A stretch of DNA of 48,937 nucleotides. Origin: an uncultured Enterocloster sp. (GTDB lineage Bacteria > Bacillota > Clostridia > Lachnospirales > Lachnospiraceae). How positions within the stretch are numbered: position 1 is the first letter of the stretch; the number at the start of each line of letters is the position of its first letter. The position numbers were made by a program, and so were the translations under genes. The stretch spans positions 1 through 48,937 of the forward strand of contig CALWBS010000235.1 in assembly GCA_944376135.1 (NCBI GenBank), read 5' to 3'. Shown one piece after another: positions 8,389 through 19,090 of this stretch. The notes beneath the pieces are model-generated. The model did no database searches. It was not told the origin of the DNA and was given only the letters and a program-made list of their open reading frames with translations.

Positions 8389-9663
8389 TTATGACGCTGC
8401 CTGCTTTTTGGCAGCTGCAGCGTTTACCAGCCAGTCCTTTCCCTCCACCAGGCGGGTAACCATCATGGATGCAATGGTGTCGCCTGAGGAATTGAGGCAG
8501 GTAGCGGCAGGGTCGAAGATAAAGCCCAGAGTGGCAATAATAGGGAACGCCTCAGCAGGGAAATTAAACATGCTGACGATGAGCATTTCACCTACCAGGC
8601 CTCCGCCTGGAGCGCCGGACAGAACGAAGGCAGACAGAATCGCCACTACGATGGACATGGCATAGGTCCCTGCTCCGGAAAACTCCATGCCAAAGATGCC
8701 GTAGAGGAAGCAGATCTTGCAGATGGAGGAGAGCACCGAGCCGTCCATATGCATGGTGCAGCCCATAGGCAGTACCAGATCGCTGATGTCCTTCGGCACG
8801 CCGATGGCGTCACATGCCTCCTTGTTTACCGGGATAGTAGCCGCGGAAGATTGGGTAGCAAAGGCAGTGATTGCCGGCGGGAAAATATGTTTGATCATGG
8901 TCACAACCCCCTGCTTTCCCCCGGCCATAAATGCGTACAGCGGGAAGAAAATCACGCCGTAAAGCAGGCAAAGGGGGTAATAAACCAACATGGATCGGCC
9001 GTAGTCACCGATAATCTCAGGTCCGTAGGTTGCAACCAGATTGGCGAAGTAAGCGCCAAGTCCCAGGGGAGCGATAATCATAATAACACTCACAAACTTC
9101 ATTATGATATCATTGAGGTTTATAAGCAGCTTGCCCATGGGAGTCTCATCACCGCCGCAGGCGGATACACAAAAGCCAAAAATGATGGCAAAGATGATAA
9201 GGGGAAGCATGTTGGACTTAGTCCAAAGCTCAGGGAAGTCTGACACTGTGAGGGAGCTGACAATGAGTTCAGCAGCTGTTTTAGCTTCTCCCACCTCGCT
9301 GCCGGTCATCTCAATGCTGGTCCCGGCGGAGGGGCTGAAAATATTTACCCAGATCAGGACGCAGATAGATGCGATGATGCCGGTGAAAATGAAGGTGCCG
9401 ATAGTACCTCCCAGAATGCGGCCCAGACGCTTCATGTTGGCCATGCTTCCCACAGCGGAAGCAATGGATACAAACACTAGGGGAACTACAATGGTAAACA
9501 GCAGGTTCAGAAAAATATCGCCGATTGGCTTAATCGCAGTACCTACAGAAGGAGCAAATGCCCCGATAAGAGCCCCCACAAGGATTCCGCCCAGGATCAG
9601 GATAAGGCTTCCGTACTGCTGCCAAAAGGTTTTCTGTTTTATAATGTTGGATGATGTTGACAT
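8389..9663 (-). CDS. Dicarboxylate/amino acid:cation symporter (DAACS/SDF)
   Basis: AFATQSSAATIP and GCTMHMDG signatures, multiple TM helices. Confidence 0.92.
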   Translation of the reverse strand: MSTSSNIIKQKTFWQQYGSLILILGGILVGALIGAFAPSVGTAIKPIGDIFLNLLFTIVVPLVFVSIASAVGSMANMKRLGRILGGTIGTFIFTGIIASICVLIWVNIFSPSAGTSIEMTGSEVGEAKTAAELIVSSLTVSDFPELWTKSNMLPLIIFAIIFGFCVSACGGDETPMGKLLINLNDIIMKFVSVIMIIAPLGLGAYFANLVATYGPEIIGDYGRSMLVYYPLCLLYGVIFFPLYAFMAGGKQGVVTMIKHIFPPAITAFATQSSAATIPVNKEACDAIGVPKDISDLVLPMGCTMHMDGSVLSSICKICFLYGIFGMEFSGAGTYAMSIVVAILSAFVLSGAPGGGLVGEMLIVSMFNFPAEAFPIIATLGFIFDPAATCLNSSGDTIASMMVTRLVEGKDWLVNAAAAKKQAAS

Positions 9664-9681
9664 ATTTTTTCTCCTTTCCTT

Positions 9682-10851
9682 TTACAGGGCGTCCACAGCA
9701 GCTTTCAGCTGAGCCATGGCTTTTTCCAGAGTGGCGCGGGGGCAGGCGACATTTAACCGCATATAACCGCTCAAGCTGCGGCCGAAGGTATATCCCTCGT
9801 TCAGGCCCAGTTTTGCTTTATAAATAAAGAAGTCCCGCAGCTCCTCGTTGGTCATATTCAAATCGCGGCAGTCCAGCCACATCAGATAGGTGGCATCCGG
9901 ACAGTTTGGCTTAATCTTTGGAATGTACTTTGCGCAGTAGTCACATACATAGTCAAAGTTGGCCGAGATATATTCCAAGAGCTGCTCCAGCCACTCTTCT
10001 CCCTCACGGTAAGCCGCCTCCATAGCCACCGAGCTGAAAGCATTATTGCGGTGAACCTCCAACCCCTGCCAGAATTTATCGAAGGTCTGTTTCATCTCGG
10101 CGTTGGGGAAGATGGTAGTGCTGGCCTGAAGACCTGCCAAATTGAAGGTCTTGGTCGCCGAAACACAGGTAATCACATGGTCTGCAATTTCAGGCGAAAG
10201 GCTTGCGGTAACGGTATGATGCTTTCCGTGGAAAATAAGGTCAGAATGGATTTCATCCGAAACAAGCAGGGTATTGTTTTCAATACATATTTCTGCCATC
10301 CGGCACAGGTCAGCGGGCTCCCAGACAATTCCCAAAGGGTTGTGGGGATTGCACAGCAGGAAAATACTGCATTCCTTGGCCTTTGCGGCAAAATCGTCAA
10401 AGTCGATATGCCAATGGCCGTTCTCCTCCACCAGCTTATTCTCCACCACAGTGCGGCCCCAGGCCTCCACCACATCGTAGAACTCAGAGTAAACCGGTGT
10501 CTGAATCATGATCTTGTCCCCGTCCTTGCTGAACAGCTTTACGACGGCTGATAAGGTAGGCACCACGCCCAGACTCCAGCTCATCATAGAAATATCCGGC
10601 TTCCAGTTGTTCCGCTTGACTTCCCATTCCTGAACAGCCTCAAAGTAGCTGGCCGGCCGGGAAGTATAGCCCCAGATTCCCTCCTGTGCTTTCTTGACGC
10701 ATGCATCAATAATGGGCTGTGCGGTACGAAAATCCATATCCGCCACCCACAGAGGAATGACATCCGCGGTGCCAAACTTCTTAACCCGCTCGTCATATTT
10801 GGAAGAACGATTCTCGCTGCGGTCAATTACCTCATCAAAATTGTATTTCAT
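9682..10851 (-). CDS. patB: PLP-dependent C-S lyase, PatB/MalY family
   Basis: PLWVADMDF, CNPHNP, SDEIHSD and SATKTFNLAGL (PLP lysine). Confidence 0.92.
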   Translation of the reverse strand: MKYNFDEVIDRSENRSSKYDERVKKFGTADVIPLWVADMDFRTAQPIIDACVKKAQEGIWGYTSRPASYFEAVQEWEVKRNNWKPDISMMSWSLGVVPTLSAVVKLFSKDGDKIMIQTPVYSEFYDVVEAWGRTVVENKLVEENGHWHIDFDDFAAKAKECSIFLLCNPHNPLGIVWEPADLCRMAEICIENNTLLVSDEIHSDLIFHGKHHTVTASLSPEIADHVITCVSATKTFNLAGLQASTTIFPNAEMKQTFDKFWQGLEVHRNNAFSSVAMEAAYREGEEWLEQLLEYISANFDYVCDYCAKYIPKIKPNCPDATYLMWLDCRDLNMTNEELRDFFIYKAKLGLNEGYTFGRSLSGYMRLNVACPRATLEKAMAQLKAAVDAL

Positions 10852-10901
10852 ATTTGCCTTGCTCCTTCCTTCTGCTTTTTCACTGTTATACTTTATATTT
10901 T

Positions 10902-10918
10902 AGCATTCTTTGTGCCAA
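10902..10918 (-). promoter_or_regulatory. sigma54 (-24/-12) promoter of the patB operon
   Basis: Minus strand TTGGCACAAAGAATGCT: GG-N10-GC with TGGCAC core, about 50 nt upstream of the patB start. Confidence 0.8.
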
Positions 10919-11201
10919 CTTCTCCCATATTTCCGTACTAATTTTATTTTTCATCCTTTTTTCCTCCCCAATACGCACAAAAAATCACCGGGATCCTCTG
11001 TATTTTCGACGATTTTTCATGTTTTTTTCTGCGTACAATTTTTCTTCATTTTCCCATCTCATTTTTGCGCGCCATTCGGAATCGCTGTCTGCATACGGCA
11101 AATAGGAAGAAATTATCATCAATATGGTCGTAATTAGGTTGATTTTAATGGTTGTTATTAGGTTTAACCTATAAATAGCCTTTTATCCTCGCAGATTCCC
11201 A

Positions 11202-11245
11202 TTGAAATCTCTCCTTTCGCCTGGTAAAATAAAAACAAATGTTCG
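11202..11245 (+). promoter_or_regulatory. sigmaA promoter with imperfect LexA (SOS) box
   Basis: TTGAAA (11202-11207), 17 nt, TAAAAT (11225-11230); AAAAC-AAAT-GTTCG at 11232-11245 versus Firmicute consensus CGAAC-N4-GTTCG. Confidence 0.7.
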
Positions 11246-11309
11246 AATAGCAGAATCCCGGCTCATCTCGAAAAAAGGCCTGCCATTGACGGAAAGGAGG
11301 CTCCTGCCC

Positions 11310-12839
11310 ATGTCCAATATGCCGCACACCTACATTGCCATAGACTTAAAATCCTTCTACGCCTCGGTAGAGTGTCTGGACCGGGAGCTGGACCCCCTGA
11401 CCACCCATCTGGTGGTGGCGGATGCCAGCCGCACAGAAAAAACCATCTGTCTGGCCGTCTCTCCCTCCCTTCGCTCCTACGGCGTACCGGGGCGGGCGCG
11501 CCTCTTTGAGGTCATACAGAAAGTGCGGGAGATCAATGGCCGGCGGCTGGCCAGAGCGCCGGGGCGCACATTCACCGGCGAATCGAGCTGCGAGACCGCG
11601 CTGCAGGCGGACCCTTCCCTGGCGCTCTCCTATCTCGTCGCGCCGCCCCGGATGGCCTACTACATGGAGTTCAGCACCCGCATCTACCATGTTTACCTGA
11701 AATACATTGCACCCGAGGATATCCACGTCTACTCCATCGACGAGGTGTTCATGGATGTAACCCATTATCTGGACACTTACGGCCTGTCCCCCCGGGATCT
11801 GGCCATGAAGATGATTCAGGACGTGCTCCAAACCACCGGCATCACGGCCACTGCAGGCATCGGCCCCAACCTCTACCTGTGCAAGATCGCCTTGGATATC
11901 GGAGCCAAGCACATAAAGCCGGACAAGGACGGCGTGCGGATCGCGGAGCTTGACGAGGCCTCCTACCGGCGCATGCTCTGGACGCACCGCCCTCTGACAG
12001 ATTTCTGGCGGGTTGGGCGGGGGTACGCGAAAAAGCTGGAGGAACACGGCCTTTTCACCATGGGTGACATCGCCCGCTGCTCCCTGGGAAAATCCTCAGA
12101 CTGCTACAATGAGGACCTGCTCTACGATTTGTTCGGCATCAATGCCGAGCTGCTCATCGACCATGCCTGGGGTTATGAGCCCTGCACCATAAAAGACATC
12201 AAGGCCTACCGCCCCCAGAACAGCAGCATTGGCTCCGGCCAAGTCCTGCCCTGCCCCTACACCTGGGAGAAAGCCCGAAAAATCGTCCGAGAGATGGCGG
12301 ATTCCCTGGCGCTCTCTCTGGTAGAGAAAGGGCTTGCGTCAAGCAAGCTGGTTCTCACCATCGGGTATGACATTGAAAATCTCAAAGAGCCTTCCATCCG
12401 CCGCCAGTACAAGGGGGAGATCACCACGGACCGCTACGGCCGGAAGATTCCCAAGCACGCTCACGGAACCGCCAATCTCTCGCGGAAAACCTCCTCCTCC
12501 CGGCTGATGCAGGAAGCGGCCCTCGCACTCTACGACCGCATAGCAGACCGGAAGCTTCTGGTACGGCGGATCAATATTTCCGCGGACTGCGTCGCCCCGG
12601 CTGCGGAGGAATCCCCCGGAGAATCCTATGAACAGCTGGATCTGTTCACCGATTATGAAGCGCGGGAGAAGGAGCAGAAGAAAGAGGCGGCTGCTTTGGA
12701 GAAAGAACAGCGCATGCAGAAGGCCATGCTGGATATCAAGAAAAAATTTGGAAAGAATGCCATTTTAAAGGGAATGAATTTGGAGGAAGGCTCCACGGCT
12801 GTTGAAAGAAATAATAAAATCGGCGGCCACAGGGCCTGA
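11310..12839 (+). CDS. Y-family error-prone DNA polymerase (UmuC/UvrX-like)
   Basis: IAIDLKSFYASVEC and YSIDEVF catalytic motifs; QLDLF clamp-binding motif; start moved to ATG 11310 after GAAAGGAGG. Confidence 0.92.
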   Translation: MSNMPHTYIAIDLKSFYASVECLDRELDPLTTHLVVADASRTEKTICLAVSPSLRSYGVPGRARLFEVIQKVREINGRRLARAPGRTFTGESSCETALQADPSLALSYLVAPPRMAYYMEFSTRIYHVYLKYIAPEDIHVYSIDEVFMDVTHYLDTYGLSPRDLAMKMIQDVLQTTGITATAGIGPNLYLCKIALDIGAKHIKPDKDGVRIAELDEASYRRMLWTHRPLTDFWRVGRGYAKKLEEHGLFTMGDIARCSLGKSSDCYNEDLLYDLFGINAELLIDHAWGYEPCTIKDIKAYRPQNSSIGSGQVLPCPYTWEKARKIVREMADSLALSLVEKGLASSKLVLTIGYDIENLKEPSIRRQYKGEITTDRYGRKIPKHAHGTANLSRKTSSSRLMQEAALALYDRIADRKLLVRRINISADCVAPAAEESPGESYEQLDLFTDYEAREKEQKKEAAALEKEQRMQKAMLDIKKKFGKNAILKGMNLEEGSTAVERNNKIGGHRA

Positions 12840-12875
12840 CGGACCTGCGCTCTGCCGCAGTTGAAAGGAGCTGCC

Positions 12876-13313
12876 ATGCACAATAATCCCCATGACCCTC
12901 GACGATACGATGATATCATAGGAATGCCCCGCCCTGCCTCCCGGTCTCACCCGCCCATGTCCATGTCTGACCGGGCGGCCCAGTTCTCCCCCTTCGCCGC
13001 CCTCACCGGCTACGGGGATGCCATCCGGGAGGAGGCACGGCTGACCGACATGCAGATCGAGCTGGACGAAAACCGCAGGGAGGAGCTGAACCAGAAACTC
13101 CTTCTCATACAAGAACAGACAGGAGGCGCGGCAAAAAGCCGCGTCCCTGTCCGCATCACGTATTTCCGGCCGGATGAGCGAAAATCCGGCGGCTCCTATA
13201 TCTCACGCTCGGGATACGTCCGGAGGATTGACTTGTATGAGGGGATGCTGGTCATGGAGGGTGGAGAGCGGGTGGCGGTGAGGGATATTGTGGAGATCGA
13301 ATTATCCAATTAA
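12876..13313 (+). CDS. YolD-like accessory protein of the Y-family polymerase
   Basis: RYDDII...HPPMSMSDRAAQFSPFAALTGY motif; directly follows the polymerase; GAAAGGAG SD before ATG 12876. Confidence 0.85.
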   Translation: MHNNPHDPRRYDDIIGMPRPASRSHPPMSMSDRAAQFSPFAALTGYGDAIREEARLTDMQIELDENRREELNQKLLLIQEQTGGAAKSRVPVRITYFRPDERKSGGSYISRSGYVRRIDLYEGMLVMEGGERVAVRDIVEIELSN

Positions 13314-14930
13314 TTCCAGAATTTGCCGCACGCCCTTCTTCCCAAAGACGGGCTTCCCGCCGTCAATCACCATGCACGGCACGCTCATTACCTGGTACTG
13401 GTCTTTCAGTTCGGGAAAATGATTTAAATCATACACATCTGCCCGCACCAGGGCATTTTCCGATGCAATTTTCTGGGCAGCGGTCACAAGCTCCGGGCAC
13501 ATGGTGCAGGACAGCGAGACCATAATCCGCATATGCACCGGACGGCTGATGCGGTGAATCCGCTCTAAGAGCTCCGGCTCCAGGGACTGGCCCGGCCCCG
13601 CCGCATTGTACAGCCCCAGGATGAAGGAGGTAAATTCATGGCCGCCGGGAACCCCGTGGAAGGCCAGCCCCGTATCGGTGCCGTTCTCCAGGCACACGCG
13701 GACGCATGGCCTCTCCCCCTCTGCCTCCTTCGCCTCTGCTTTCTCCACCGCCAGCTTATCCGTCAGCTCTGCCAGGCCTTCCATATATTTCATAAGCTCC
13801 CTTGACACGGGCCGCTCATCCAGGTATAGCCGCAGAACCAGTTTTCTTTCCATCTTCTGAAATACGGCGCGAAGCTGCGCCAGCATATCCGGGGTGAAGA
13901 TGCCCCTCTGTCCATCGCCCCCGGCCTTTTCCTCCCGGTCAGGCGCTGCCTGTGCCCTGGCCGGGTGCAGGCCGGTTTTCGCCTCCATGGCCGCGGCGTA
14001 CCGCTCCATCTCCGTAGCCGCCAGGGCTCCGTCCCCCACAGCCGTCACCACCTGGCGCAGGTTCTTCACGCAGATATCGCCCGCCGCGTACAGGCCCTCC
14101 GCACTGGTTTTTTGGCACTTGTCCGTTATCACATAGCCCTGTTCGTCCAGCTCTGCCATTCCACGAACCAAGCCGGATGCCGGCTCATACCCGGCAAACA
14201 CAAAGACGCCGAAATTCTCTCCCGGCTCCGCCTCAAAGCTGGAGATCTCCCCGGTCTTATTGTTCTGCCAGCGGATTCCGGACAGGGTTCTCTCCCCGTA
14301 CACCTCCAGCACCTGAGTATTTGTGAGAATGCGTATCTTCTCGTGCTTTCTGGCCGCGTCCGCCACCGCTGCCGCACAGGTAAAATCATTTCCGCGGATC
14401 AAAATGGTGACCTGGCGCGCATATTTGGTGAGAAAGACACTCTCCTCCGCTGCCGCAAAGCCTCCGCCCACAACAAACACATCTTTTCCTGTAAAAAATT
14501 CCCCGTCGCAGGTGGCGCAGTAGGCCACGCCCCGGCCCCGGAATGCTTCCTCTCCTTTAAATCCAACCATCCGGGGGTGGGCCCCTGCGGCCAAAAGAAT
14601 GGCAAAGCACTCCAAGGTTCCCCGGCTGGTGCGCACCTTTTTGATATCTCCGGACAAATCCAGGCTCTCCACCTCGGCCAGGAGGAATTCCGCCCCGAAC
14701 CCCAGGGCCTGCCTGCGCATGGTGTCCGTGAGCTCCCCGCCGCTGGTTTTTTCCCGTCCGGGATAATTCACTACCTCGCTTGTGATAGTAATCTGCCCGC
14801 CAAAACGCTCCTTCTCTACGACCACCACCCGGTAGCGGGCCCTTGCCAGATAGAGAGCGGCGGTGAGCCCCGCCGGGCCCCCGCCGATCACAACCGCGTC
14901 ATAGAGATTCTGATTCGCCGCCCCGCCCAT
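13302..14930 (-). CDS. AhpF-like reductase: thioredoxin-reductase domain followed by tandem thioredoxin-fold domain
   Basis: GGGPAG FAD motif, YCATCDG redox centre, GGGFAA; C-terminal GVPGGHEFTS and SLSCTMCP; follows ahpC. Confidence 0.88.
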   Translation of the reverse strand: MGGAANQNLYDAVVIGGGPAGLTAALYLARARYRVVVVEKERFGGQITITSEVVNYPGREKTSGGELTDTMRRQALGFGAEFLLAEVESLDLSGDIKKVRTSRGTLECFAILLAAGAHPRMVGFKGEEAFRGRGVAYCATCDGEFFTGKDVFVVGGGFAAAEESVFLTKYARQVTILIRGNDFTCAAAVADAARKHEKIRILTNTQVLEVYGERTLSGIRWQNNKTGEISSFEAEPGENFGVFVFAGYEPASGLVRGMAELDEQGYVITDKCQKTSAEGLYAAGDICVKNLRQVVTAVGDGALAATEMERYAAAMEAKTGLHPARAQAAPDREEKAGGDGQRGIFTPDMLAQLRAVFQKMERKLVLRLYLDERPVSRELMKYMEGLAELTDKLAVEKAEAKEAEGERPCVRVCLENGTDTGLAFHGVPGGHEFTSFILGLYNAAGPGQSLEPELLERIHRISRPVHMRIMVSLSCTMCPELVTAAQKIASENALVRADVYDLNHFPELKDQYQVMSVPCMVIDGGKPVFGKKGVRQILELIG

Positions 14931-14934
14931 AGGC

Positions 14935-15498
14935 CTACAGCAGCCCCACAAGATCCAGGCTGGGCTTTAAGGTCTCCGCCCCGGGCTGCCACTTGGCCGG
15001 GCACACCTCATCCCCGTGCTCATGAACGAACTGGCTAGCCTGAACCCGGCGCAGAAGCTCCCTGGCGTTGCGCCCCACATTTCCCGCTGTCACCTCGTAG
15101 GCGACGATTTTCCCATCGGGATTCACGATGAAGCTCCCCCGTTCGGCCACTCCATCCGCTTCTATGTAAACCTCAAAATCCTTCGCCAGCTTGTGGGTGG
15201 GATCCGCCAGCATGGGATACGGAATCTTTTTGATTCGCTCCGAAGCGTCATGCCAGGCCTTGTGCACATAGTGGGTATCGCAGGACACGGAGTAAATCTC
15301 GCAGCCGATTTCCTTAAAGCTGTCATAGAGCTCCGCCAGATCTTCCAATTCCGTAGGGCACACAAAGGTGAAATCTGCCGGATAGAAGAAAAATACGCCC
15401 CATTTTCCCAGCACATCCGCCTTGGTCACGGTTTTAAATGCTCCGTCCTGAAACGCCTGAACGGAGAAATCGCAGATTTCCTTGTTAATCATGGACAT
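14935..15498 (-). CDS. ahpC: Alkyl hydroperoxide reductase subunit C (2-Cys peroxiredoxin)
   Basis: YPADFTFVCPTEL and EVCPAKW motifs. Confidence 0.97.
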   Translation of the reverse strand: MSMINKEICDFSVQAFQDGAFKTVTKADVLGKWGVFFFYPADFTFVCPTELEDLAELYDSFKEIGCEIYSVSCDTHYVHKAWHDASERIKKIPYPMLADPTHKLAKDFEVYIEADGVAERGSFIVNPDGKIVAYEVTAGNVGRNARELLRRVQASQFVHEHGDEVCPAKWQPGAETLKPSLDLVGLL

Positions 15499-15678
15499 AT
15501 TTGTTTACCTCCTTTATTTTCTACAGTTTTCATCATTCGTCGTTTGTTTTGGGCAGCAGCTTCCCCCGTACAGCGTCCTGACGCCGCCCTGCCCTAAAAC
15601 AGTCTGCCGCCGCTTTGCCCCGCAAAACAGCCCGTCTTCGCTCTTCCTCCGGCGGCAGACCACTTTTCAGACACCGCT

Positions 15679-17031
<1,353 letters not shown>

Positions 17032-17060
17032 TCAGGAGTCAACATGATTTATTCGCATCA

Positions 17061-17113
17061 GTTAGATCAAACTAACCTTTTATAATCATACCAAAGGCGG
17101 CCGTGAAATGCAA
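17061..17113 (-). promoter_or_regulatory. eno promoter with downstream palindromic operator-like site
   Basis: Minus strand TTGCAT (17113-17108), 17 nt, TATGAT (17090-17085); GTTAG-N6-CTAAC at 17061-17076. Confidence 0.65.
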
Positions 17114-17195
17114 GCGGCCCCATTAATAATCTTTATCAATAAGCCCAAGGTACGAGATACATTCAGAGGATTCCCTAAGGAGCGGGTTTTTATGC

Positions 17196-17232
17196 AAAAA
17201 AATACCCTGGAGAGGTTGTTCCCCAGAGTATT
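17196..17232 (-). terminator. Intrinsic terminator of the AAA/nuclease gene
   Basis: Minus strand AATACTCTGGGGA...TCTCCAGGGTATT followed by T-run, about 20 nt after the stop. Confidence 0.65.
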
Positions 17233-17251
17233 ATTCATCCGGCCGGCAGCA

Positions 17252-18937
17252 TCACGGATTCCCTCCACATTTCTTCACAAGACATCTCTTTTTAAAAAAC
17301 GCGATGCCGTAGCACAGAACCCGATCATAACTGTCCCTAAACGGCTCCGCATACATCCTGTCGTCTATCTGCCGAACTGCTTCCTCGCAGGCCTGCTCCA
17401 GATTTTCCAATGTCCTGGAATACTTTGCTTCAAAAATTGCTGCCTGGCCGCCTTCCGCGTCAATCACAACCACATCGCTACGGCCCTCCCCGTATTCCCG
17501 GTTGGATTCCACCATATACCCGGCGCCCGCAAAAATCCCTGCCAGAAATGCATGATAAAAGTCCTCCTTATAATCATGGTAGCTGATCGTCATGCGCAGC
17601 AGGGTATTCATCTCCTTTGTCAGCGCCTCATTGTCTCCGCGCCATACCGCATCGAAGAGCGCCCTGCGGTTGTACAGCCTCGCGCGATCCGTAAACCACG
17701 ATTGAACCGTGGTTTCAAAAATTTCCCGAATCTCTGCATTTGGAATCCGCAGCGCGGAGCTTCCGTCCGGAAGGGGCTCCGGCAGCGCCTCCTCCCTCTC
17801 CCTGGTGAGATAACCCGTCAAATAAAGAATGCTCCAGAGATTCTCCTCCGAGGAATGCAGATAGTCATATGTCAGATTTTCCTCAATCCGCTGAACGATA
17901 TAGCCGCCCGCCATAAGGGCTTCCAATTTGCCTGTAATGCTGCTGCCCGCATAATCAATAAATGAGCGGATAATCGCGTTGTCACTGGTGTTTTTCCAAT
18001 AGCTGGCCGGCTTTGCCGCGGGATTCCTCTGTATATCGCGGAGATAATTCATCACATCCCAGGGACAATAGACATCAAACATTCCAAAATGGTAGCCATC
18101 ATACCAGTTTTTAATGGTTTCCGCCCGTTCCTCCGCATCCGCGTCCCGCAAAAGCCGGTCCACATCTCCCTGGGTAAATCCAAAATATTCATTCAATCCG
18201 GAGGCAGAGATTGTATCGGAGACAAAATTATTTGTCCCTGTGAAAATGCTTTCCTTAGCGATTTTCAGACATCCGGTGAGCACAGCAAAGCGAAGCGACG
18301 TGTTGTCCTTCAGCGCCGCGCTCATCAGAGCCTTGATAATCTCTAACATCTGCGCATAGTACCCTTGACTGCTTGCCTTTGCAGCCGGAACATCATATTC
18401 GTCCAGCAGGAGAATAACAGGCCTCCCATAATGCAGCCGCATCGCTGCGATCAGCAGCGAAAGACTTTTCTTAATATCCGTTGCAGAAGCATTCCCCCGT
18501 GCAATCCTGCGGAAAATCTCTTTGTCATATTCATTTATCTGCACACTGTCCAGCAAATAGAGATGTTCCTTGTAAAGATCCGTAATCGCAGCAGACAGCA
18601 TCTCATAGGCACTGCCAAAAGTAAGGCCGTCCACATCCTTAAATGATAAAAATATGGTAGGATATTGATTACTCCATTTCGCACAGAGTTCCGCGTCCTT
18701 GGCAATCTCCAGGCCTTCAAACAGCGGCCGGCTGTTTTTGCGTATATCAAAAAAACTCGCCAGCATACTCATGCCCAGGGTTTTGCCGAAACGGCGGGGC
18801 CGGGTAATCAGCGTAACAGCGGCCGGCTCGGTTTTCAGAATTTCAGCGATCATCCCGCTCTTATCGATATAGTAATATCCGTTTCTGCGGATCTGCTCAA
18901 AGTCAGAAACTCCCACCGGAATATTTAACTTTTTCAT
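17252..18937 (-). CDS. AAA-ATPase-like protein with C-terminal PD-(D/E)XK nuclease domain
   Basis: YYIDKS, RPRRFGKT Walker A, LLDEYD Walker B, NWYDGY; C-terminal GRSDVV...IFEAK. Confidence 0.9.
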   Translation of the reverse strand: MKKLNIPVGVSDFEQIRRNGYYYIDKSGMIAEILKTEPAAVTLITRPRRFGKTLGMSMLASFFDIRKNSRPLFEGLEIAKDAELCAKWSNQYPTIFLSFKDVDGLTFGSAYEMLSAAITDLYKEHLYLLDSVQINEYDKEIFRRIARGNASATDIKKSLSLLIAAMRLHYGRPVILLLDEYDVPAAKASSQGYYAQMLEIIKALMSAALKDNTSLRFAVLTGCLKIAKESIFTGTNNFVSDTISASGLNEYFGFTQGDVDRLLRDADAEERAETIKNWYDGYHFGMFDVYCPWDVMNYLRDIQRNPAAKPASYWKNTSDNAIIRSFIDYAGSSITGKLEALMAGGYIVQRIEENLTYDYLHSSEENLWSILYLTGYLTREREEALPEPLPDGSSALRIPNAEIREIFETTVQSWFTDRARLYNRRALFDAVWRGDNEALTKEMNTLLRMTISYHDYKEDFYHAFLAGIFAGAGYMVESNREYGEGRSDVVVIDAEGGQAAIFEAKYSRTLENLEQACEEAVRQIDDRMYAEPFRDSYDRVLCYGIAFFKKRCLVKKCGGNP

Positions 18938-19090
18938 GGCGAATCACCTTCTAATGCTCTCTATATTTCGTCCGCTTGTATCCTCATCATACCATGAAAT
19001 AATCCGCCGTACAAGCTGGGGAAACTTGCTTTTACTCCTAATCCCATGCTAAAATACTCTGTAACGCAGTATCAGGAGGATTTTTTAGTT

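Noticed and set aside
11202-11309. N-terminal extension of the polymerase ORF from TTG 11202
   Set aside because: That TTG is the -35 box; a strong SD supports ATG 11310.
13965-15038. 357-aa plus-strand ORF (also 3739-4788, 17108-17965, 20177-21157, 31403-32272, 33954-34778)
   Set aside because: All lie antisense to well-supported genes; long shadow frames are expected in GC-rich coding DNA.
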